Source: an uncultured virus (IMG/VR IMGVR_UViG_3300046513_000233) | Lineage: Duplodnaviria > Heunggongvirae > Uroviricota > Caudoviricetes | Reading direction: 5' to 3' (one strand) | DNA: 64,000 bases | IMG/VR virus record: IMGVR_UViG_3300046513_000233 | Shown: one piece after another, positions 26,952 to 36,575 of the stretch | How positions within the stretch are numbered: the first letter of the stretch is position 1 | Layout of the letters: each line of letters opens with the position of its first letter | Made by a program: the position numbers and the translations under genes | The notes under the pieces: model-generated | The model's input: the letters and a program-made list of their open reading frames with translations, nothing else | Databases searched by the model: none | Told to the model about the DNA's origin: nothing

Positions 26952-29900
26952 TTATGCCGCCTTTTGATTTGAACCCGGCACACGCCGTTGATTGCTCGTC
27001 TGGCGAGTCGTATCTTCAAGTTTCTTGATGCGATCGGACATGCCGTTAATCGCATCAACGATTGCGACGGTTTGTCCGTTGAACCCTTGCGTTAGAATTC
27101 GCGCAATCTCCGGACTCTCTGTCGGAGCCTTTCCGGTTCGGTTGATGAAGTCGAGAGCCGAGCGAGTTGCGCCATTGACGCTACTTGCCTTTGTCACGTG
27201 CTCGCCACCGGCAAGCCTCGCCGTGACGCTATCGACTCCGTACTTTCCGTTCGTAACGTAACCGCCTTCGGCATAGTGATTTCCGTTTGCGATGTAGCGA
27301 ACGTTCAACGCTTCCGAAGCTAGCTGATCGGCAGTCTGAGCCGTATTCGGTGCAAGCTGCGTAGAGGCTGAAAGGTTATTGCCACCAGCCAGCTTAGTAA
27401 CAGCATCCGTAACACTCTGGTAGATTGTGCTGTACCCCGTTGACGACGCGTAGAACGCCTGCGCCAGCGTCAACAGACTCTGAGCGTCTGCAGTCACGGA
27501 GTTGAGCGCATCCTGATCACCGTTTTGGGCGGATGAAACATCGGTATTGAATTTCGACTGAGCGAACTTCAACTGATCTTCCGGTGACAACGTCGAAAGC
27601 GAGCCGGTTTTAATCGACGCAAGAAAGTCATTCAGAGATTTTGTAATCGCTTGATTGGCTTTATCAACGATGTCCTGCCGCTGCTTCGCTAGGTCTTTTT
27701 CAAGAGCGATGATTGCCCCATTGCCGGCCAAAGCTTCTTGCGCGCGCTTCTGTTGTGCAGCCGCGTCAAACTGTGCAAGCTGTCCCGACAGTGTGTTGGT
27801 ATCTACGCCTGACAGCGCAGCTTCCGAGTTGTACTGTTCGGTCCTCTGCTTTGCAGAGATATACTCCGCATCCGCCTTCTGATCAGCAGCGGCTTTACGA
27901 GCAGCTTCTTCTTCTTTCTTTTTGCTGTCGCCAGAGAGCCATTGCGTGATGACACCAATTCCAGTTTCGACATAACCAACGGGGCTAGTCGGGTCTTTGA
28001 TAATGTTGTTGATGCCAGCCGACGTTAGGCTTTTGCCAAGATCGTTCGCGGAACTCTTAAGCGAATCCATTGCGCTTTTTCCGCTCATGATCCCGCTGAC
28101 GAAGTTGTTAGCGAAAGCTCCAGCGGCGTTTTTGATCTCGTCAACAACACCTTTCATTGCATCTTGCCAACGAATTGTGGCTGCCTCTGCAGAATGCAAC
28201 GCAGCCGGAATATCGTCGCCGTAGATTCCCTTCAGTTGGTTGGCAATCTTTACGTCTTCAGCCGAAGCAAACATAAGCTGATTGCCACGACTGATTTCGG
28301 AAGCGACCTTTGCCTTTTCCAAGGCAACGGCAGCCGCACTCGCTTCATCCTTCAGCCTAGCGAACGCCTCTTTCTGAGCGTCTGTTTCTTTGCCTCCGTT
28401 GGCAAGTACCGCGGCTGTCTCAACAGCCTGTGCCCTGAATGCAGCCAGTTGGCCGGCGCCAAGACCAACGGCCTTAGCGTCCGCCTCTTGCTGCAGAACA
28501 TGCTTCTGCAGGGAGTTAATTGCGCGGTCTACAGCGTCGTTGTAGTCTTGCGTCGCTTGTGTCGCCTTATTGATTTCATTCGACGTGTCGGGCCGCATGA
28601 AGTCAGAGACTCCAGTGGTTTGCCTTCGCGCCGCTGATACCGTGTTCGGATTCGATAAACCTGAAGCAAAACCGGCCGGGTAGTTCGTGGCCGGGGCCGC
28701 GGGGCCGTTCAAATGGTCCGAAGCGGCACTGCCAAGTTGGCCAGCGACCTTGAACGCGGCCGGTGTCAACGCATTGGCTGATGCACTCCATGCTGTCTTC
28801 AGCCAACCCGGAATCTCAATACTAGTGATCTTGCTAGCGAACTTCTCAAGTCCGCTAACGGCGGCCGCAATATCCTCAACGATCGTGACCCACGCGCGAT
28901 GCAGCGCCATTCCGCCTTCGGTAATGGTTTCCTGAAACGGAATCCACTTCTCGGACAGAATCTTTACGGCGTCGTCGTACCGATTCTTGAGCGCTGTCGC
29001 ATCGTCGATATCTTGCTGGTTTACAAGCTTCGTTGCCGCGATCTTATCGGCTGAAGCCTGCATCTGCAGGAAGTATTCGCTGTTCTGTCTGAAAGCTTCC
29101 AACTGATCCGGGGAAGAGAATGTTGCAGCAATATCTAACGCCGCTAACTTCCTACCTTCGTCCGTCATTTGCTTGAGCAAATCGAGAACGGCCCGGTACT
29201 TGTCTTCAGTTCCGATAGCGTCACTGACCTTGTCGACGCCAGAATTCTTGTCAAGATTTCCAGCATCAATATGCGAGTCGATTTTCTTCTGAAGATCGCT
29301 ACCGCCAAGCTTGTCAGTACTAACCGCGTAGAACTTCTTCAGAAGGTCCGTAGCGTCTGAAATTTTCCCGCCTGCATCTTCGAAGCTCTTTCCGACCCGT
29401 TGCATGTACTCTGGCGTGACGCCAACTGACAGCGCGTCCTTAGAAATCGTGCTGTACTGCTCCAGCTTTTCGCCGGCTGAAGACCACGCGAATTCAATCA
29501 GCTTGATAGCGTCAAGAACCAATAGGACCGGACCCGCAACGCGAAGCATTGTGGCAGTGAATGAGAGCAACCTGCCGGTGAGTCCGAGTACTGCATTTCC
29601 GGCTAGCCCTGTGAAGCCAGAGAACCCGGCCATTGCCGTCCCGGCTGTTGTCACTGCCCCCGCGATAGGCGTGAAAGCTGGCCCTAACCTGCCGATCGCC
29701 GCAGCGCCGGTAACGGTAGCGGCGCCAAGCGCCTGAATGCCCGTCGTAGTGGCCGCAGCGGCGGCACCGATCGCCGTTACGCCAGTAGCAACGCCGGCAT
29801 TCACGAGACCGCGGAACGCTGGAGACAGCACGTAGGCTGCCTCTGCGGCCTGCTTCAGATGGTTTACGACGCTCGCGGCCTCGATACCTGTCTTACTGAA

Positions 29901-30245
29901 GCCTTCTTTGACGTTATCGTTCGCCGCTCCGACCTCGCCGTACTTCTCTTTGAGAAGGGCGAGGTTCTGATTGTATTTTTCCTGCGTAATGAGGCCCTGA
30001 GCCAGAGCATCGTTTAGGGTACGCGTTCCCTTCTCAATCGCGTTCTGAGACCTAGCTGTATCGTCGATTTGATTCGACAACTTGGCATATGCTGCTTCGG
30101 CGGACAGCGCCCGCTTCGCGTTCGTGTCTGTGACCGTCGCCAAATTTTGATTGGCGGCTGTCAGCTTTTCTAACTTACCGGTTTGTTCGTCGATACCGGT
30201 AGAAGTGGCGCTGATAGTTAGGCGCCGGATAACTTCGTTCGCCAC
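26952..30245 (-). CDS. tape measure protein
   Basis: 1097 aa, A/helix-rich; YAEGGYV...G.DSV.ARL..GE C-terminus; follows the chaperones. Confidence 0.9.
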   Translation of the reverse strand: MANEVIRRLTISATSTGIDEQTGKLEKLTAANQNLATVTDTNAKRALSAEAAYAKLSNQIDDTARSQNAIEKGTRTLNDALAQGLITQEKYNQNLALLKEKYGEVGAANDNVKEGFSKTGIEAASVVNHLKQAAEAAYVLSPAFRGLVNAGVATGVTAIGAAAAATTTGIQALGAATVTGAAAIGRLGPAFTPIAGAVTTAGTAMAGFSGFTGLAGNAVLGLTGRLLSFTATMLRVAGPVLLVLDAIKLIEFAWSSAGEKLEQYSTISKDALSVGVTPEYMQRVGKSFEDAGGKISDATDLLKKFYAVSTDKLGGSDLQKKIDSHIDAGNLDKNSGVDKVSDAIGTEDKYRAVLDLLKQMTDEGRKLAALDIAATFSSPDQLEAFRQNSEYFLQMQASADKIAATKLVNQQDIDDATALKNRYDDAVKILSEKWIPFQETITEGGMALHRAWVTIVEDIAAAVSGLEKFASKITSIEIPGWLKTAWSASANALTPAAFKVAGQLGSAASDHLNGPAAPATNYPAGFASGLSNPNTVSAARRQTTGVSDFMRPDTSNEINKATQATQDYNDAVDRAINSLQKHVLQQEADAKAVGLGAGQLAAFRAQAVETAAVLANGGKETDAQKEAFARLKDEASAAAVALEKAKVASEISRGNQLMFASAEDVKIANQLKGIYGDDIPAALHSAEAATIRWQDAMKGVVDEIKNAAGAFANNFVSGIMSGKSAMDSLKSSANDLGKSLTSAGINNIIKDPTSPVGYVETGIGVITQWLSGDSKKKEEEAARKAAADQKADAEYISAKQRTEQYNSEAALSGVDTNTLSGQLAQFDAAAQQKRAQEALAGNGAIIALEKDLAKQRQDIVDKANQAITKSLNDFLASIKTGSLSTLSPEDQLKFAQSKFNTDVSSAQNGDQDALNSVTADAQSLLTLAQAFYASSTGYSTIYQSVTDAVTKLAGGNNLSASTQLAPNTAQTADQLASEALNVRYIANGNHYAEGGYVTNGKYGVDSVTARLAGGEHVTKASSVNGATRSALDFINRTGKAPTESPEIARILTQGFNGQTVAIVDAINGMSDRIKKLEDTTRQTSNQRRVPGSNQKAA

Positions 30246-30247
30246 TT

Positions 30248-30598
30248 CTACTCTTCCTGTTCGTTCGGTTTCTTGCTCGCTTGTTCAGCGGCGTACTTCA
30301 TATAAACGGAGTCCATGGCCTGCATGAACGTTACAAACGGTTCTAGTGGTATTGCGTTGTCATGAGCATATCGGCTCAACGACTCGTAATAGATGCCGCC
30401 CATGCCGCCCATTGCTCCAAAGCTGCGATCGTCGCGGAGAACTCGCCACGCGTGTTGCAGATAGCCGGACCACGACGGCCACTCTGCAACATCTTCATTG
30501 ACTTGCGGCGCATCGGACTCTTCATCCTGCAAATCCAAGAGGAATGAGTCCGTAGCCTTCTCGTTTAGCTCGTAAGAGAAGGCGTCGCAGAGTTTTTT
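30248..30598 (-). CDS. tail assembly chaperone GT, -1 frameshift part
   Basis: No own start; entered through slippery A AAA AAC at 30598-30592. Confidence 0.7.
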   Translation of the reverse strand, partial: KKLCDAFSYELNEKATDSFLLDLQDEESDAPQVNEDVAEWPSWSGYLQHAWRVLRDDRSFGAMGGMGGIYYESLSRYAHDNAIPLEPFVTFMQAMDSVYMKYAAEQASKKPNEQEE

Positions 30599-30984
30599 GT
30601 TGCGTCCGCGATGAACTCTACATCGCTCTCGCCAACCTGCGCAGCAGCCCAAAGCGTCTGCTTGACCAAGTCGCGGCCTTCCGCTGCGCTCATGGTGTCA
30701 AGAGCGGTCTGAGCGTCGTACTCTTCATCGAAGCCGCTCCAGCCGAACAGAATATGTTCTGCAAGCAACTTGCCGACATCGGAGTCACGAACCTCCGGAG
30801 GCGCGTTCTTGCCCTTGTACTTGCGCGCGTATCGCTGCACGAGTTGGTCAAGAGCAAGCTTGTATGCCGGAAGCTCAAGAGATCGAACGCCAAGCTTCAC
30901 GCCCGGCCATTCCGGAATCTCGATAAACTCGCCGTTGCGTTCTGCGTCAACGTTCTTCTTGATAGACGAAAATTTGATAGTCAT
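30565..30984 (-). CDS. tail assembly chaperone G
   Basis: Between tail tube and TMP; LA..IL.GWSG motif. Confidence 0.75.
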   Translation of the reverse strand: MTIKFSSIKKNVDAERNGEFIEIPEWPGVKLGVRSLELPAYKLALDQLVQRYARKYKGKNAPPEVRDSDVGKLLAEHILFGWSGFDEEYDAQTALDTMSAAEGRDLVKQTLWAAAQVGESDVEFIADATKNSATPSLTS

Positions 30985-31118
30985 TGAAATCGGTTTCTTT
31001 CTATAAGGTGGAGGGGGCGGCACCGACATGCCACCCCCTATAGTTGCCACGGCCACAAGCCGCATCCCGCGCACCTACGCGGTAGGCAATTCAGTACCCG
31101 CCGTGTTCGGCAACGGGC

Positions 31119-32588
31119 TTAGCTCTCGAAATATTCAACTCGGTCGACGATGATATGAGATGCTGTCAAGCTGTCGTAGCTCGCCTGATAGCTGAAGTCC
31201 GCCATAACGTCTGTGTTCTTGCCGGTAGCATTCGGGTTGCCGCCGTCACGATATGTTGCACGCGGAATCTGGAAGATGATGGCTTGACCATTCTTCGCAA
31301 CACGCGTGTTGATGGGCCGGGTTGTACCAGCGTAGAAAGCAGCAAGCTCGGTATCGCTACCGAAGTAGGTAGACATCTTGCCGGTGACCTTGCATTCGCC
31401 TTCGCGAACGGCAACCGGTGCGGTCGCGTCAACTGACTCGATCGTTCGAAGGTTGTTTTCGATGACGAAAGACACTTCCTTCGCCCAATTAGGCCCAACC
31501 AACTGCGAACCATTGACACCGAGACGACCAACGTTTGCGTTGGCAGCCATCACGAGGCCAGTAGTTGCAGCGTCCGGAGACGCGCTCAACGTAACGGTGG
31601 ACTCGCCGCCGCCCATGCCAGTGAAGGCAAACGAGCCGGTAATTTTCGCCTTGGAAACAATGTTGAACGTTGCCGTACCAACCTGCATACCGGTGTTGAC
31701 GATGTAGGTAGGAACGGTCTGGCCGAGAAAGCCGCGCTCAATCGTCATGGACGACGCAACAACGCCGTTCTGAATCTGATCGCCGTACCAAACCTTAATG
31801 GTCTTGCCGGTGCCTGCGTCGACAGCCCAACCAACCGGCAGGTTGTCGCACGGAATATCCGTAGCGGTCACCGTACCAGAGACGCGAATCCAATCGTTGT
31901 TGGCTGCCGTCGCAAACTTATCGCCAGTGGCAGTTCCGCCAACCTTCAGCCAGTCACCCGGGCCAATACCAAGCGTTGTCAAGTTCAGCGCGGTGGAGTG
32001 GAGCCCGGTAGAAGTTGCGGTGATGTCCGCCGAAGCACCTTGGAAGCCAACTACCTTAAGGCGGGCCGTAGCGGGTGGCGCAGCTTCTGCAGTGAGCGAA
32101 AGCGCCGTGCCGACGATCGTGGTTGCCGTCGAAGACGCGGCCTTGAAAACCTGATTGTTGGCAGAGTTTGTAAAGCCAGTTGCGCGAACCAGCATGCCGG
32201 CAACTACAGCGGCGCCGCCAGAGGCAACAGCGTAAGTGTTGGCGACCGTGCCCGCATCGGTTACGATAGAGTCCGCAACGCCATCGTTGTAGAAGACGGG
32301 ACGATTTGCCCACGCATTGAACATCGCGGAGCGAATACACTCAGACAGCGGCGTATTGTCATCTGGATATGAAAGCTCGAAATTGATACCGCCAGCCGAA
32401 GCCTGCATGTTCTTGATGGGGTCACCCAACATGCGGTCTGCGCGAAGCTCATCAGAGTCAACGTAATTCGGGGAGAAGCTAAGCGACTCGCCGGTGATAC
32501 GCATTGTACGCATGCGCGGAGTTACGGGAGTCGTGCCCGGCGTGGTCTCGCGGACAATGGCCAACTGTGTACGATTTGCAGAAGTCAA
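31119..32588 (-). CDS. tail tube (major tail) protein
   Basis: ETTPG.TP, R.TGESL, S.E.R.DR, GG.NFELS, I.NNL, VTG.M..YF. Confidence 0.85.
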   Translation of the reverse strand: MTSANRTQLAIVRETTPGTTPVTPRMRTMRITGESLSFSPNYVDSDELRADRMLGDPIKNMQASAGGINFELSYPDDNTPLSECIRSAMFNAWANRPVFYNDGVADSIVTDAGTVANTYAVASGGAAVVAGMLVRATGFTNSANNQVFKAASSTATTIVGTALSLTAEAAPPATARLKVVGFQGASADITATSTGLHSTALNLTTLGIGPGDWLKVGGTATGDKFATAANNDWIRVSGTVTATDIPCDNLPVGWAVDAGTGKTIKVWYGDQIQNGVVASSMTIERGFLGQTVPTYIVNTGMQVGTATFNIVSKAKITGSFAFTGMGGGESTVTLSASPDAATTGLVMAANANVGRLGVNGSQLVGPNWAKEVSFVIENNLRTIESVDATAPVAVREGECKVTGKMSTYFGSDTELAAFYAGTTRPINTRVAKNGQAIIFQIPRATYRDGGNPNATGKNTDVMADFSYQASYDSLTASHIIVDRVEYFES

Positions 32589-32605
32589 AGGTAAATTCTT
32601 TCAAT

Positions 32606-32630
32606 AAAAAAGCCGCCCACAAAGGCGGCT
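32606..32630 (-). terminator. rho-independent terminator
   Basis: AGCCGCC/GGCGGCT plus U-tract. Confidence 0.65.
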
Positions 32631-32656
32631 GCAAACAAACTCGATTTTGAAATTGA

Positions 32657-33070
32657 CTAGGCTTCCATACGGCGCCAGTTGATGTAGACAGTCACGGCAT
32701 ACTTCGTGCCGCTCTCGTGGCCGCCTTGGCCCTTGCCAATGAACGCGTCTCTGAATTCAAGGCTATCGTTCAGAAGAAGAAGGCCCCTGAACAAATCGGC
32801 AAGTGACTTCGCGTATGTTCGGACGGTTGAACCGCCCGTGTTGATGGGAACAAGAACACGGAGCCAAAGGACTCCCTCCTCATCCCATCGATTATCTTTC
32901 TGATGGCTCGCACCGATCGACTCTTGTCCGTAGAACGTGCCTGTCATTTCAACATCAACGAAGCTGGCAGGCAGTGGGTCTAGCGGCTCATTCTCAAAGC
33001 GAACCGGTGTGGTTGTCCAAGAGGATGAAATGTAAGATTTGATTGCGTCGAATACTGCGCCCGACGCCAT
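32657..33070 (-). CDS. tail terminator-like protein
   Basis: W..T.V.FEN; G......VP..TG.......A..L..LF. Confidence 0.7.
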   Translation of the reverse strand: MASGAVFDAIKSYISSSWTTTPVRFENEPLDPLPASFVDVEMTGTFYGQESIGASHQKDNRWDEEGVLWLRVLVPINTGGSTVRTYAKSLADLFRGLLLLNDSLEFRDAFIGKGQGGHESGTKYAVTVYINWRRMEA

Positions 33071-33732
33071 TAGACCGCGACCCTAATTGCAGGGTGACGG
33101 TTCGTAGATTTGTTGTGCTGCAATTTCGTGCTGTGTCCTCTTAACGCGTAAGACTCTGTCGTCCCACTGAAGACACCCAAGTAATCAATGAACGAAATCT
33201 TCGCAACGTTTCCAAATCTTGCCTGTGCTTGAAAAGCTACTAGCTCGTAAACGCCTTGCGGTGCCTGCGATGACTGGCCGCTTTCAATCTTGGTGGAATA
33301 AGGCAGCGTGTTTACAAAAACGTACTCGCGAGCCTCCGGAATCCTGTCCGTCACAGGAATTTCGATGCCGTCCGCAAATAGAATATGCGACGACTGATAA
33401 AGCCCCGGGTGGAGATCACGGCCCGAACCGATCGGGGAATGCTTTTGCAATTCGTCGTAGATGAACTGCAGAACGTCGGTAACGAGTCCGAACTCGTACA
33501 CGATGACGCTGTGAAGCTTGATTGCCTGTTCGCCGGCATCTAGCACACCATCAATCCAGCTTTTCACTGTGACGGCATGCTCTAGAATTTGTTCGTCGAT
33601 AAGTTGGGCGGCTAATTTGCTCTCAAGAGCGAAGTCTACTAGCTCGCTGATCTGTGCCGCGGTCGAAAGCGTGTCGTCAATGAACGCCTTGATATCGCGG
33701 TCTATGGGGTCGACCTTTACCGCGATAGCCAT
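33070..33732 (-). CDS. neck / tail completion protein (HK97 gp10-like)
   Basis: SP......G.Y..SH; N..PY..KIE.G.S.QAP.GV. Confidence 0.7.
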   Translation of the reverse strand: MAIAVKVDPIDRDIKAFIDDTLSTAAQISELVDFALESKLAAQLIDEQILEHAVTVKSWIDGVLDAGEQAIKLHSVIVYEFGLVTDVLQFIYDELQKHSPIGSGRDLHPGLYQSSHILFADGIEIPVTDRIPEAREYVFVNTLPYSTKIESGQSSQAPQGVYELVAFQAQARFGNVAKISFIDYLGVFSGTTESYALRGHSTKLQHNKSTNRHPAIRVAV

Positions 33733-34073
33733 CAACGCACCTGAAGCTCAATTCTGACAAGCACGTCGCGAACGTAGATGCCAACCCCGGCCTGAACCGA
33801 TCGCAGAACCCCGTTGATGAAGCACATATCGCCCCGGTTCTTGCTGGGGATAGGAGATTGCCCCGCACCCGGCCACACCGCGGCGTTGATCTGGGTGGGG
33901 CTGATGATCACGAAGGAATCTTGCTGGGTAATGCCCTCTGTAAGCTCGTTTGGCTGGTAGCCCCGAACTACTGCCGGGATGCCGGTTAGATCAACCGTAG
34001 GCAGCCGCCGTAGCGTCACTGTCTGGCCTGATCTGGCTAGTCCCCTGTCGAGTGCGTCAATCTCTACGGTCAA
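33732..34073 (-). CDS. head-tail joining (head closure) protein
   Basis: G..VTLRR; position in neck module. Confidence 0.6.
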   Translation of the reverse strand: MTVEIDALDRGLARSGQTVTLRRLPTVDLTGIPAVVRGYQPNELTEGITQQDSFVIISPTQINAAVWPGAGQSPIPSKNRGDMCFINGVLRSVQAGVGIYVRDVLVRIELQVR

Positions 34074-34233
34074 TGGGCGGGCCTCTCTGTGGCCTCTGCG
34101 GCCGGTTTACGTTGGGCTGCCTGACCCCTCCCCGGCGCTGGCTCATAGGCGGGTTGCTTAGGGGCATCCCCGGCCGCCTTTTCGATAGCCGCGAGGGATT
34201 CCGCATACGACATAAAATTACTCAAAATAGGTG

Positions 34234-34262
34234 TTGACTCATAGGGCGGTTGGCCCTATCAA
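34234..34262 (+). promoter_or_regulatory. Promoter/operator repeat copy 8
   Basis: TTGACT-c-ATAGGGC-ggttg-GCCCTAT, -10 TATCAA. Confidence 0.9.
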
Positions 34263-34288
34263 TGGAACATCAGAAACGGAGACGGAAA

Positions 34289-34573
34289 ATGACCACCTAC
34301 GCACAGTACCTCAACGGCGAGACCAAAATCGGCGGGCTCAACGAAGCTGATCGCAAGACTCTTGTTCTTGGCTGGCTTGTCGCAAACAACGCGGCGCAGA
34401 CTGAAACACGCTATGCCCTGTTCTGGGGTGGCCGCATCCTGAAGAGCGAGCCAATCGAGATGTTCACTCGCCGGAACGACTCCTTCTCTGTGAAGGGCGG
34501 CAAATGGGTTGAGGTGAACGAAATTCCCGCAGATGCAGAGTTCATCGGCCGATACCCGGCACCGAAGCAGTAA
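34289..34573 (+). CDS. hypothetical protein (antisense island)
   Basis: GGAG RBS after the promoter repeat. Confidence 0.7.
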   Translation: MTTYAQYLNGETKIGGLNEADRKTLVLGWLVANNAAQTETRYALFWGGRILKSEPIEMFTRRNDSFSVKGGKWVEVNEIPADAEFIGRYPAPKQ

Positions 34574-34711
34574 CCGAGACGACCACCCGGCTAGGGCAAT
34601 CCAGCCCTAGCCTTGCCCGCGAAAGGGGCGAGTCATGTCGCATCTGGCCGTTGCTTTGCTCTTCGCAATCCCGGGCTTTCCCGCGCTCGCGATCTACCTT
34701 CTATTTTTTTA

Positions 34712-34741
34712 TTGACGAACTAGGGCGTTGTGCCCTAGGGT
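34712..34741 (+). promoter_or_regulatory. Promoter/operator repeat copy 9
   Basis: TTGACG-aa-CTAGGGC-gttgt-GCCCTAG, -10 TAGGGT (18-bp spacing). Confidence 0.8.
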
Positions 34742-34760
34742 GCGCAAAAGGATTCGAAAA

Positions 34761-34979
34761 ATGACTGAGTCTCAGAACGAAATTGACCGCGCTTACGGTC
34801 AAGGCAAGAGAGCATACAGAATAGATTTCGGCGGGCACGGTCCAACTTTGCGCGAACGCAAGTTCATCGTTCAAGCCAACCCCTACGCATCTGGCACCGT
34901 GCTATTCAAGGCTTGGGAACGCGGCTACGCTCAAGATACCCGACGCATCGTTTCCGGCATGGTGTGCAATGGCACGTGA
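34761..34979 (+). CDS. Rmf/CrpP-like small protein
   Basis: AYGQGKRAY...NPY......AWERGY. Confidence 0.55.
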   Translation: MTESQNEIDRAYGQGKRAYRIDFGGHGPTLRERKFIVQANPYASGTVLFKAWERGYAQDTRRIVSGMVCNGT

Positions 34980-35208
34980 ACGAATCTACGATTACCCAGA
35001 AACTGAGTACGCCCGGGCCGTAGAGCGCCTAGGGTGGTCACAGGTAGGCGCTGCGAAGCGGCTGGGTATCGACCCCCGCACGTCGCGGCGCTACATCAGC
35101 GGCGATTTGCAGCTACCTAGGCCGCTGCAAATCCTGCTTCGTGTGCTCGTGAACCTGAAGCGTTCCGACGGCTGGCTTGCTGACGTGGCAGAGACCGAAA
35201 TCAAATAG
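34969..35208 (+). CDS. small XRE-type HTH transcription regulator
   Basis: LGWSQVGAAKRLGIDPRTSRRYISG..LP. Confidence 0.85.
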   Translation: MARERIYDYPETEYARAVERLGWSQVGAAKRLGIDPRTSRRYISGDLQLPRPLQILLRVLVNLKRSDGWLADVAETEIK

Positions 35209-35839
35209 CTGGATTCCGGTAAGGCGCAATCAGCGTCTCGACATCAAGCGGCAAGCCGTTTGACTTTTCCCCTACTCCACCAACCCAGAACGTTTGCGAC
35301 AGCACGCCCGGAATGTCTTCGCTCTTAAGCAGCGGGTCGCGTTGCGCAGCGTATCTAAACTGCTTCACTAGCGAGATGCATGCTCGCTCAATTGCCTCCG
35401 GCAATGTACCGAGTAGCTGGTAACCAGCGACGTACGTGACTGCCAGCGTTCGGAACCACCAACGCCGCTCAAAGTCGCCTATCAGGCGAGTAATGATTCC
35501 GGAGTCCTTATCGACTTCATAATCAGTTCCAGACACCAACGTGTTGCCGTCTTCCACCAACGTTGTGATTGACGCAACAGGATTGCGTGTCAGAACGATT
35601 CTCTCATACTCCGGCCATTGCATGCCGATCGGAGCGCGAACGCGAAACGACTCTAACACCGTTTCTTGACCAAACACACGATTGCATTCGCCAGCGATCA
35701 CGCTACTTGCTTGGTCAATCCAAAGATTGATGTTCGTATCTTCGGCCGTCCCGGTGATTCCAATCTCCGCTTTGACGTTCGCAAGCGTCGTTAAATCTTG
35801 CGTAGAGGCTGGCGTTACGACCGTAAGAATCGACTTCAT
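35201..35839 (-). CDS. head-tail connector (gp6-like)
   Basis: LTTLA.VKA....I..AS..I...C.R.F; VTY.AGY..LP..IE.A; L..PYR. Confidence 0.8.
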   Translation of the reverse strand: MKSILTVVTPASTQDLTTLANVKAEIGITGTAEDTNINLWIDQASSVIAGECNRVFGQETVLESFRVRAPIGMQWPEYERIVLTRNPVASITTLVEDGNTLVSGTDYEVDKDSGIITRLIGDFERRWWFRTLAVTYVAGYQLLGTLPEAIERACISLVKQFRYAAQRDPLLKSEDIPGVLSQTFWVGGVGEKSNGLPLDVETLIAPYRNPAI

Positions 35840-36066
35840 TATTTCTTTTTCTTGGACTTCGTGAAGCCTTCAGCTTCGATATAATCTTCGTCGACAAGGC
35901 CCTGTGTGGCTTCGCCGAAGTCTTCGTATTCGTCACCTGTCTTAAGATGTACGATGTCCCACCCGTTAGGCGAGTACGGAAAATTCTTGAGAACTGTAGC
36001 CATTTGAATCCCCTCCAAAGAGAAACAGGGCAGCACGAATGCCGCCCTGTATTAGTGAACCGTCTA

Positions 36067-36495
36067 TTAGTTCGGCGGATTCGCTGTTGGCTTCAGCGCG
36101 GGCTGACCCATGATCCACACGCCGGCAATCGGCGCAGAACCGGTGTTGTTGGTAGGCGTAACAGTCACGCGCACGTAGCGCTTGTTACCGACGTAACCAA
36201 TCTTGAAGCACTGATTGTCGTTGGCAAATGTGAAGCTAGCGAGCGCAGTCGTACCGAGCAAATCAGTAGACGCAACGGCGGAGGCATCGGAAAGATTGGC
36301 CTGATTGCCTTCGTCAACGGTAACAGCAAACGTAGCATCGGCATCGGCAAGAATGCCGGCGGCAATGACGTAAGTAACCGACTCGTAGCCAAGTGTATCC
36401 ACAACCGCGGAAACCTGAGCGGTGTTGTCGGACGTGGTAGTTGCAAGAACACCGAACTTGGGATTGATGTTGTTGAAAAGATCGCGAATGGGCAT
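36067..36495 (-). CDS. capsid-associated (decoration) protein
   Basis: VDT.GY.S; IGYVG.KRYVRV; follows MCP. Confidence 0.7.
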   Translation of the reverse strand: MPIRDLFNNINPKFGVLATTTSDNTAQVSAVVDTLGYESVTYVIAAGILADADATFAVTVDEGNQANLSDASAVASTDLLGTTALASFTFANDNQCFKIGYVGNKRYVRVTVTPTNNTGSAPIAGVWIMGQPALKPTANPPN

Positions 36496-36531
36496 TAAGC
36501 CTCGACTCCTAAAAAACGAAAAACGGAAATG

Positions 36532-36563
36532 AAAAGCGGGGATGCCAACTCAGACACCCCCGC
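36532..36563 (-). terminator. terminator after major capsid gene
   Basis: GCGGGGGTGTC/GGCATCCCCGC hairpin plus TTTT. Confidence 0.65.
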
Positions 36564-36575
36564 GAGTCTCGACTA

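Noticed and set aside
34574..34640. Hammerhead or other self-cleaving ribozyme
   Set aside because: Two hairpins with a GAAA are present, but the CUGANGA core is missing.
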